Below, piece after piece: positions 19,011-26,275 of a stretch of DNA of 36,698 nt (position 1 is the first letter of the stretch; the number at the start of each line of letters is the position of its first letter). Position numbers and translations under genes: made by a program. The DNA is from Candidatus Woesebacteria bacterium (lineage in GTDB: Bacteria; Patescibacteriota; Microgenomatia; UBA8517). The notes under the pieces are model-generated. The model was not told the DNA's origin, searched no databases, and saw only the letters and a list, made by a program, of their open reading frames with translations. Location: assembly GCA_016181165.1 (NCBI GenBank), contig JACOZU010000003.1:1-36698 (forward strand), in the 5' to 3' direction.

Positions 19011-20282
19011 ATGGCAAAAATAGCGCGTATTTGGTCTAGAGAAATTCTCGATTCCAGGGGTATTCCAACTGTTGAAACTGCCTGTATGCTTGATTCGGGT
19101 CACGTGGCCGTAGCCTCCGTTCCTGCAGGAACCTCGACTGGCACTCATGAAGCCCAGGAGCTCAGGGACCAAGACCCGAAAAGATATTTGGGGAAGGGAG
19201 TTTTACAGGCGGTCTCAAACGTCAACTCGCAACTTGGACCGGCTATTGTCGGAATGGAGGTGACCGATCAGGAAGGAGTTGATGCAAGGCTGATCCAACT
19301 CGATGGAACTGATAATAAAACAAAGTTCGGAGCCAATTCGATTCTTTCAATCTCCACGGCCGTTTCAAAGGCCGGAGCAGTAGCCTCGAGTCAGGCTTTA
19401 TATATTTGGATTAACTATCTTGCCCAGAAATTGGGATTAAAGCCTCCCTTGAGAATGCCGATACCTCTTTTCAATATGATTGACGGGGGACTCCATGGAG
19501 CCGGAAACTTAGATTTTCAGGAATTCCTTATCATTCTTGCTTCCTCAAAAACTTTTTCTCAAAGTATCCAAGCCGGGGTCGAAATTTATTTGACAATAGG
19601 GGAGAGCTTGGCAAGGCGCGGAGCTATCCACTCGGTAGGAAATGAGGGAGGATATGCCCCAAATCTATTCACCAACGCGGATGCTTTGGAAGTTTTGGTC
19701 GAGTCAATTAAGCAAACTTCTTATTCTTTGGGTCGGGATGTATTTTTGGGCCTTGACGTTGCCGCCAATTCCTTTGCCAAAGACGGAGAATATGTCATCA
19801 AAGACAAATCCTCCCCTCTGGATGAGAATCAGATGCTTGAATACTACCAATCTCTAAATGAACAATATAGACTTGCCGTTCTTGAGGATCCACTTTCGGA
19901 AGACGCCTGGAGCGGCTGGAAAAAGCTTAACGAGCTTCTTTCTAGCCAGCTTCTTATTGTTGGAGATGATCTCTTGGCGACAAGTCCTAAAAGAGTAGAA
20001 AAAGCTATTGCCGAAAAATCTTGTAACTCGATACTCGTAAAACCGAATCAGATAGGCACCATTACGGAGACAATTAAGGTAATAAAAATGGCAAGGGACG
20101 CCGGCTGGAAAATTATTGTTTCTCACCGCTCTGGCGAAACCAATGACCACTTTATTGCCGATTTTGCCGTCGGGGTTGGAGCTGAATATTGCAAATTTGG
20201 TGCTCCGGCCAGAGGTGAAAGGGTCGCTAAATATAACCGCCTATCGGCAATAGAGCTCGAACTATCCCGCCTTAGAAGATGA
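19011..20282 (+). CDS. eno: Enolase
   Basis: EILDSRG.PT, STG..EA, QEF, LDVAA, EDP, GDDL, KPNQIG, SHRSGET, ERVAKYN.L. Confidence 0.95.
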   Translation: MAKIARIWSREILDSRGIPTVETACMLDSGHVAVASVPAGTSTGTHEAQELRDQDPKRYLGKGVLQAVSNVNSQLGPAIVGMEVTDQEGVDARLIQLDGTDNKTKFGANSILSISTAVSKAGAVASSQALYIWINYLAQKLGLKPPLRMPIPLFNMIDGGLHGAGNLDFQEFLIILASSKTFSQSIQAGVEIYLTIGESLARRGAIHSVGNEGGYAPNLFTNADALEVLVESIKQTSYSLGRDVFLGLDVAANSFAKDGEYVIKDKSSPLDENQMLEYYQSLNEQYRLAVLEDPLSEDAWSGWKKLNELLSSQLLIVGDDLLATSPKRVEKAIAEKSCNSILVKPNQIGTITETIKVIKMARDAGWKIIVSHRSGETNDHFIADFAVGVGAEYCKFGAPARGERVAKYNRLSAIELELSRLRR

Positions 20283-21940
20283 ATTCTGATAAATCCACTA
20301 AATTTGTCTGCCTCGTTGTCCTTGACGGCTGGGGAATTTCGGCGCCGGGGCCTGGAAACGCCATTTCTCTGGCAAACACCGTGAATATGAATAGATTTTG
20401 GGCCTCCTTCCCGCACACCCAATTAGACGCATCGGGTGAGGCGGTCGGTCTTCCCCGGGGTGAGGCGGGAAATACGGAAACGGGACACCTTAACTTGGGG
20501 GCCGGCCGAATTGTTTATCAGGACCTGGCTCGAATAAACATGTCTATCGCTGATGGCGCCTTTTTAAAAAATCCGACTTTACTAGCTGCCATTGAACACG
20601 CCAAAAAAAATAACTCAAACCTTCACTATCTGGGCTTAATCGGTGCAGGCGGAGTTCATTCAAACCTTGAACACCTGTATGCTCTTATTCAACTTGCCGC
20701 CCAGCAATCTTTCAAAAACGTCTATCTTCATTTATTCACCGACGGGAGGGATTCTCCCCCGACCTCAGCCAAAACATACATAAATTCGGTCAGAGAGGTA
20801 ATTGCACGGGAGGGAGTCGGGGCTATCGCCTCTCTGATGGGAAGATACTGGGCAATGGATAGGGACCTCAGGTGGGACAGAACCGAAAGGGCTTATCTGG
20901 CTTTAACGAAAGGCCAAGGGCATCTGGTTAAAACGCCCGAAGAAGCATTAGATATGTCCTATTCCCAAGGCAAAACCGACGAGTTTATAGAGCCAAGCAT
21001 TATCACAAATTCGGAAGGTACTCCCATAACCTGGATTAAAAATGGAGATGCAGTCATTTTTTTCAATTTCAGGATAGATCGGCCCAGACAACTTTCGCGA
21101 GCATTCATTTTTAAGGACTTTACCAAGGCTAATTTAGATTTTGGATACGATCCGTATCTTGTTAAGTATGCGAAGAAGCACGAGGTTGAACTGCACCCAG
21201 TGCAGGAACCTTTCTCGCGGGGACCCCAGTTGCAAAATCTTTTTTTTGCAATGATGACCGACTATGGAAAAACCCTGCTAGAAAACGGAGCCAGGGTAGC
21301 CTTCCCCCCAGAAATAGTCGACATGCCTTTAGGCAGGGTGATTGCGAAAGCCAAAAAAAAGCAGCTGAGAGTGGCTGAATCGGAAAAGGAAAGATTCGTC
21401 ACTTTTTATTTCAACGGCCGGCAGGAAACGGCTTTTGAGGGGGAAGACAGATTCATTACTTCCTCGCCAAAGGTAGCCACCTACGACCTAAAACCGGAAA
21501 TGTCAGCCAGGGAGCTCACCGATTCTTTACTGGCTAAATTAAGAGAGGAAAATCAGCAGTACTCTTTTATACTGGTCAACTTTGCCAATCCCGATATGGT
21601 CGCCCACACCGGCAGCATCGGCCCGGCGGTCAAGGCCTGCGAAGTGGTGGACGAATGTGTTGGAAAAATAACCAATACGGTTCTTGCCTACGGAGGCAGT
21701 TTACTGATTACGGGAGACCATGGAAACGCCGAGGAAATGATCGACGCCCAGTCGGGGGCAATCGAAACCGAACACTCAACCAACCCGGTACCCTTTATCA
21801 TTGTTGCAAAAGAGTATCTGGGAAACCCGTTGAATCTCCCGGCAGGAATTTTGGCCGACGTTGGCCCGACGGTTCTGGCTCTTCTCGGGCTTCCCCAGCC
21901 TACCAGCATGACCGGAAGAAACCTGTTAGAATCTCTCTGA
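20279..21940 (+). CDS. gpmI: 2,3-bisphosphoglycerate-independent phosphoglycerate mutase
   Basis: LDGWG, GN(T)E.GH, GGVHS, DGRD, GRYWAMDRD, NPDMVAH, DHGNAE, TEHS.NPVP. Confidence 0.95.
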   Translation: MNSDKSTKFVCLVVLDGWGISAPGPGNAISLANTVNMNRFWASFPHTQLDASGEAVGLPRGEAGNTETGHLNLGAGRIVYQDLARINMSIADGAFLKNPTLLAAIEHAKKNNSNLHYLGLIGAGGVHSNLEHLYALIQLAAQQSFKNVYLHLFTDGRDSPPTSAKTYINSVREVIAREGVGAIASLMGRYWAMDRDLRWDRTERAYLALTKGQGHLVKTPEEALDMSYSQGKTDEFIEPSIITNSEGTPITWIKNGDAVIFFNFRIDRPRQLSRAFIFKDFTKANLDFGYDPYLVKYAKKHEVELHPVQEPFSRGPQLQNLFFAMMTDYGKTLLENGARVAFPPEIVDMPLGRVIAKAKKKQLRVAESEKERFVTFYFNGRQETAFEGEDRFITSSPKVATYDLKPEMSARELTDSLLAKLREENQQYSFILVNFANPDMVAHTGSIGPAVKACEVVDECVGKITNTVLAYGGSLLITGDHGNAEEMIDAQSGAIETEHSTNPVPFIIVAKEYLGNPLNLPAGILADVGPTVLALLGLPQPTSMTGRNLLESL

Positions 21941-21957
21941 ACGGAAGGTTGTTATTC

Positions 21958-22584
21958 ATGGAAGCTATCACCAATTTTTTTGTCGATAATCTCACCTCGC
22001 TGATTAGTACTTACGGAGTTGGGGCGGTCTTTGTCCTTATGACTTTGGAATCCGCCCTTGTTCCAATCCCGTCCGAGGTTACCATGCCCTTTGCCGGATT
22101 TTTAGCGGGCAGGGGGATATTGGACTTCTGGCTGGTTGTTTTTATTGGAGCCCTGGGAAATTTAGCTGGATCTCTTCTCGCCTACTGGCTTGGTTTTGCT
22201 AAGGGCGAGGCGTCGGTGAGGTTTGCAATTAGAAAATGGGGTAAATGGCTTTTAATGAGGGAGGAAGAATACGACAAGGCAAAAGCCTGGTATATAAAAT
22301 ACGGTCAGGCCGTAACCTTTACCTCAAGACTTCTGCCCATTGTCAGGACTTTCATTTCACTTCCGGCTGGTATTGCCAAAATGAACCTGACTTACTTTTC
22401 TGCCCTAACCTTTATAGGTTCCTTTGTTTGGTCCGCCTTCCTGGCCTGGTTGGGACTTAAACTCGGACAAAACTGGCTCGCCATCGAGCCTTATTTTAGG
22501 AAGTTTCAAATTGTCATCGTCGGACTGGGGGTTTTAGCCGCTTTCTTCTACGTTAGGACCCACGTTAAAAGGCGTCGCGCCTAA
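21958..22584 (+). CDS. DedA family membrane protein
   Basis: LES...PIPSEV.MPFAG, R.LP.VRTFISLPAG. Start taken at ATG 21958 rather than the track start inside gpmI. Confidence 0.92.
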   Translation: MEAITNFFVDNLTSLISTYGVGAVFVLMTLESALVPIPSEVTMPFAGFLAGRGILDFWLVVFIGALGNLAGSLLAYWLGFAKGEASVRFAIRKWGKWLLMREEEYDKAKAWYIKYGQAVTFTSRLLPIVRTFISLPAGIAKMNLTYFSALTFIGSFVWSAFLAWLGLKLGQNWLAIEPYFRKFQIVIVGLGVLAAFFYVRTHVKRRRA

Positions 22585-23201
22585 TTTCTTCCGTACCTTC
22601 GGATTAAACCGACCACTTTTCCTTGAATTCTGACTTTTTTGACGAAGATTGGGCTCATTTTGGCATTGGCCGGCTCAAGCCTGATTCTGGTTGCCTCTTT
22701 AAAGAATCTTTTTAAGGTGGCCATGCCGTTGTCAAGGAGGGCGACGACTATTTCTCCGTCGGTTGCATTATCCGTTTGCTCAATAACGACATAATCGCCG
22801 TCCCTGATCTGCTCTTCAATCATGCTCTCGCCGCGAACCTGAAGAACATAAACTCTTTTCGTTTTGGAGGTAAAATCGGCAGGAATGGCCATGGTGGCGT
22901 TGGGGTCGGTGTAGGGTTCAATCGGGGCCCCGGCCGCAATAAAGCCCAAAATGGGCACAGCCATCCCTTCTTCCTGAAAGCTGACCGGACCGGTGATATC
23001 AATGGCTCGAGTTTTCCCTTGTTTTCTTTTTATTAGACCCTTTTCTTCGAGGGCGGCCAGGTGTTCGTGGACGGTAGCTAGGGAAGAGACGCCGATGGCC
23101 TCGGCAATTTGTCTCAAGGTGGGAGCGCTACCCGTTGCCTGGATATGCTGCTTAATAAAATCTAAAATTTGTCCTTGTCTTTTGTAGATAATCGGAGCCA
23201 T
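22581..23201 (-). CDS. lexA: LexA repressor
   Basis: wHTH (RQ.QIL.FI, PTLRQIA, S.ATV..HL..LE.KG.I.R), AAG cleavage site, V.G.SM (Ser) and TLKRF (Lys). Start at ATG 23201. Confidence 0.96.
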   Translation of the reverse strand: MAPIIYKRQGQILDFIKQHIQATGSAPTLRQIAEAIGVSSLATVHEHLAALEEKGLIKRKQGKTRAIDITGPVSFQEEGMAVPILGFIAAGAPIEPYTDPNATMAIPADFTSKTKRVYVLQVRGESMIEEQIRDGDYVVIEQTDNATDGEIVVALLDNGMATLKRFFKEATRIRLEPANAKMSPIFVKKVRIQGKVVGLIRRYGRN

Positions 23202-23208
23202 ATATTTC

Positions 23209-23237
23209 AAAATACAAACAAAACCCGAAGCTGTCAA
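23209..23237 (-). promoter_or_regulatory. lexA promoter with candidate direct-repeat operator in the spacer
   Basis: Minus strand: TTGACA, 17 nt spacer (GCTTCGGGTTTTGTTTG), TATTTT, then 7 nt to ATG. Confidence 0.7.
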
Positions 23238-23260
23238 GACCCAAAATTAACCCAATGCTA

Positions 23261-23269
23261 TGGTAAACT
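23261..23269 (+). promoter_or_regulatory. Extended -10 for uvrB
   Basis: TGGTAAACT, 7 nt upstream of ATG 23277. Confidence 0.6.
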
Positions 23270-23276
23270 GCTTAAT

Positions 23277-25085
23277 ATGAAATTTAAAATTGAGTCCCGT
23301 TTTAGCGGGAAAACTTTTACAATGGCCAATGTGATTGAAAGGTTGCAAAGGCCGACTTTAATCATTTCCCACAATAAAACCCTGGCGGCCCAGCTTTATC
23401 AGGAACTTCGGGATTTCTTTCCGGATAATGCCGTCTCCTACTTTGTCTCCTACTATGACTTTTACCAGCCCGAAGCTTATATCCCTTCAACCGATACTTA
23501 TATCGAAAAAGACTCGGATATCAACGAACTGATCGATAAGCTTAGGCTGGCTGCAACCACCAACCTTTTAACGAGGAAGGATACAATAGTCGTTGCCTCT
23601 GTTTCCTGCATCTATAACATCGGCTCCCCTCGGGAATACGGCCACTTTGTTTTTGAATTTAGAGAAGGAATGAGAGCAGAGAGAAAGCAGATAATCGACA
23701 GACTCATCGATTTGCAATACGAGCGTGGCGACTTCGGCTTTCATCGAGGAACATTTAGGGTCAGGGGCGATGCCATCGACATCTACCCTTCATATCAGGA
23801 CGAGGGGGTTCGAATAGAACTGAGGAGAGAGACAATCAAGAAGGTCTCCCTGATCAATACCGTTACCGGGAAAACCACGATTGGTTGGTTAAAGAATTTT
23901 ATTCTCTACCCGGCCAAACACTTCATCACCGACCCGGCCAAGCATCAATCTAGCTTCGATGAAATTAGGACGGATTTGCAAAAACAGCTAGCCAAGTTTA
24001 AAAAAGAAGGCAAACTTTTGGAAGCTCAAAGACTGACCCAAAGAGTCAATTACGACCTAGAGATGATTCAAGAAGTTGGCTATGTTAAAGGAATTGAGAA
24101 CTATTCAAGGTATTTTGACGGCCGGGCTCCGGGGGATGCCCCTTATTCTCTTCTTGACTACTTCTCGGCCCCATATGCTCGCGACTGGCTGGTCATCGTT
24201 GATGAGAGCCACATGACTTTCCCTCAAGTTAGAGGGATGTATAACGGCGACTTAGTAAGAAAGAAAACCCTTGTTGATTATGGTTTTAGACTGCCGGCGG
24301 CCTTGGACAATCGACCTCTAAGGTTTGAGGAATTTATGAGAAGAATTCCCAATTTCATTGCCACCAGTGCCACACCGGCTGAGTGGGAAATATCCATGGC
24401 CAAGGGCAAGCTCACCCAGCAGCTTTTAAGACCAACCGGAATTCCGGACCCGGAAGTAGAAATACGCCCGACCAAAAATCAAGTAGCTGATGCCTATTTG
24501 CACTCCGACGTTAAAACTCTTGATCGGGGAGACATTTTGGACGACTTAAGGCTGGGAAAATACGATGTTTTGGTTGGAATCAATCTTCTTAGGGAGGGAC
24601 TCGACCTTCCCGAAGTTTCTCTTGTGGCTATTCTTGATGCGGACAAAGAAGGGTTTTTGCGTAGCGACGTAACACTCATTCAAACGATGGGTCGAGCCGC
24701 CAGACACGCCCAAGGACGGGTAATTATGTATGCCGACCGAATTACTGGAAGTATGAGGAAGGCCTTGAGCGAAGTCGAAAGGCGCAGGAAGTATCAGACA
24801 AAAATGAATAAAAAATACGGAATTACGCCAAAATCAATCGAAAAACCCATTCGCGAAAAGCTAATTGAAAAAGAGGAAGAAACGGCAGTCGAAAAATTGT
24901 TTGGAAAGAAAGAGTCGACCTTGATGAAAGTCCCGCACCTTGACCTGGACGGATTAACGCCGATGGACAAAAGAAGGCTTGTCTTAAGTCTCCGTCGAGA
25001 GATGCTTTTGGCCGCGCAGGACTTAAACTTCGAACTGGCAGCGGAGATAAGGGATAAGATAAAAGGAATTAGCTTTGTTAATTAA
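23277..25085 (+). CDS. uvrB: Excinuclease ABC subunit B with two internal in-frame deletions (possibly non-functional or misassembled)
   Basis: SGKTFTMANVI, HNKTLAAQLY, YFVSYYD.YQPEAY, DESH, SATP, GINLLREGLD, Q..GRAAR and a C-terminal UVR domain are present. It is 602 aa and lacks the GDQP...LLGVTG and RVLVTTLTK..AEDL segments. Confidence 0.9.
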   Translation: MKFKIESRFSGKTFTMANVIERLQRPTLIISHNKTLAAQLYQELRDFFPDNAVSYFVSYYDFYQPEAYIPSTDTYIEKDSDINELIDKLRLAATTNLLTRKDTIVVASVSCIYNIGSPREYGHFVFEFREGMRAERKQIIDRLIDLQYERGDFGFHRGTFRVRGDAIDIYPSYQDEGVRIELRRETIKKVSLINTVTGKTTIGWLKNFILYPAKHFITDPAKHQSSFDEIRTDLQKQLAKFKKEGKLLEAQRLTQRVNYDLEMIQEVGYVKGIENYSRYFDGRAPGDAPYSLLDYFSAPYARDWLVIVDESHMTFPQVRGMYNGDLVRKKTLVDYGFRLPAALDNRPLRFEEFMRRIPNFIATSATPAEWEISMAKGKLTQQLLRPTGIPDPEVEIRPTKNQVADAYLHSDVKTLDRGDILDDLRLGKYDVLVGINLLREGLDLPEVSLVAILDADKEGFLRSDVTLIQTMGRAARHAQGRVIMYADRITGSMRKALSEVERRRKYQTKMNKKYGITPKSIEKPIREKLIEKEEETAVEKLFGKKESTLMKVPHLDLDGLTPMDKRRLVLSLRREMLLAAQDLNFELAAEIRDKIKGISFVN

Positions 25086-25093
25086 AAGTAGTA

Positions 25094-25102
25094 TGCTATT
25101 AT
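25094..25102 (+). promoter_or_regulatory. Extended -10 for the three-gene cassette
   Basis: TGCTATTAT, 8 nt upstream of ATG 25111. Confidence 0.55.
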
Positions 25103-25110
25103 CAAAATAT

Positions 25111-25311
25111 ATGGAGGATTTGGAAGCTAAATTTATCAAGAAATATGCAAATTTGCCTTGGGGAGCCAGAGAAGAAATTATAGCTGTTATTGATGGCAAA
25201 AATTTTACCTGGAACTCTGCTAATATAGAGATAGATAGAGGGAAAGAAGGCCCCACCGAAATAGGTCAGAAAATACTAAAACAATTACAAGACCTGAGAA
25301 TTTTTGAATGA
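25111..25311 (+). CDS. Small hypothetical protein A (66 aa) of the protease cassette
   Basis: Has its own -10, overlaps the next ORF by ATGA, and shares a sequence pattern with protein B. Confidence 0.75.
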   Translation: MEDLEAKFIKKYANLPWGAREEIIAVIDGKNFTWNSANIEIDRGKEGPTEIGQKILKQLQDLRIFE

Positions 25312-25595
25312 CAAGCCAAAGAGAAAAAGACGTACTAAAAGACGAGAGATTGAGACTGCAAGTTCAGAAACTAGTAATAGCAAGGCTTTCTGCTATTCCG
25401 AAAGATTTACAGATATCCGTTGGCTCCAAACAATATACGGTAGAGGACCTCCAAAAATTCGTAAAAGAGGATAACGAAATAGGAAGACAGCTGATGGAGA
25501 GTCAACTAAAGTACCTTAGAGAAATGGCTTCTGGGAAAATTTATAAGATGTGGTCAAATGAGCAAGACAATACTTATAACCAGGCCAAATTATGA
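25308..25595 (+). CDS. Small hypothetical protein B (95 aa) of the protease cassette
   Basis: Coupled to A and overlaps C by 38 nt. Shares IP..I.V..K.YT...EIG..L with A. Confidence 0.8.
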   Translation: MTSQREKDVLKDERLRLQVQKLVIARLSAIPKDLQISVGSKQYTVEDLQKFVKEDNEIGRQLMESQLKYLREMASGKIYKMWSNEQDNTYNQAKL

Positions 25596-26205
25596 GGAGA
25601 AGTTAAATTTTTTGTTCTTTTGGTCACAAACCGTTGTTGACTTAGCCAGAAAAAAGAATTTTGTTGTTTTAGACCTTAGATCAGAAAAATCTAACAAGAA
25701 AGACTTTGATAGCTATATTAAAAAGAATAATCCTTCCTTTGTGTTTTTCAACGGCCACGGATCAGCTCGTTTAATTACTGGTCATAACGACGAACCTCTT
25801 GTCTGTGCAGATAAAGATGAAGACCTCCTGAAAGATAAAATTGTATATTCTAGAACTTGTGAAAGCGCCCTTGTTCTTGGTAACCAATGTGTAAAAAACG
25901 GCACTAAGACTTTTATTGGTTACATAAGCCCCTTCGTTTTTTTCTACTCTAAGTCTTCTGTCTTGCACCCTCTTGGGGATGACATATGCAGGCAGTTCCT
26001 AGAACCCACTAACTTAATAGCAATTAAACTGCTTAAGGGCCATACCTCTAGAGAGGCAAACGAATATTCAAAAATAGCAATGTTAAAGAACGTTTTTTCA
26101 ATGTTGTCAAGTGCGTCAACTTTAGGTGAAAAGACCGTCGCGTCGTTCTTGTGGGGAAATATTACGAGTCAGGTGTTAATTGGTAATCCTAATGCAATGA
26201 TATGA
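25558..26205 (+). CDS. Putative clan CD (gingipain C25/CHAT/caspase-fold) cysteine protease
   Basis: FVFFNGHG (His67), IVYSRTC (Cys101), FIGY and terminal LIGNP. No signal peptide. Confidence 0.7.
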   Translation: MSKTILITRPNYEEKLNFLFFWSQTVVDLARKKNFVVLDLRSEKSNKKDFDSYIKKNNPSFVFFNGHGSARLITGHNDEPLVCADKDEDLLKDKIVYSRTCESALVLGNQCVKNGTKTFIGYISPFVFFYSKSSVLHPLGDDICRQFLEPTNLIAIKLLKGHTSREANEYSKIAMLKNVFSMLSSASTLGEKTVASFLWGNITSQVLIGNPNAMI

Positions 26206-26232
26206 TTCTTCTCGTCGGATTTAACTAATCTT

Positions 26233-26266
26233 TGTTATAATCATCATACCGTCGGTAAGCCGATGG
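26233..26266 (+). promoter_or_regulatory. uvrA extended -10 and 5' hairpin
   Basis: TGTTATAAT (26233-26241); hairpin CCGTCGG-TAAG-CCGATGG (26249-26266) before ATG 26276. Confidence 0.6.
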
Positions 26267-26275
26267 GGCGTTTGC

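Noticed and set aside
21655..21957. 101-aa N-terminal extension of DedA in the ORF track
   Set aside because: It overlaps gpmI in another frame; DedA similarity starts at ATG 21958.
23169..23276. Upstream extension of uvrB that might supply the missing Q-motif/P-loop
   Set aside because: It overlaps lexA and both promoters and contains no GDQ or LLGVTG-like sequence.
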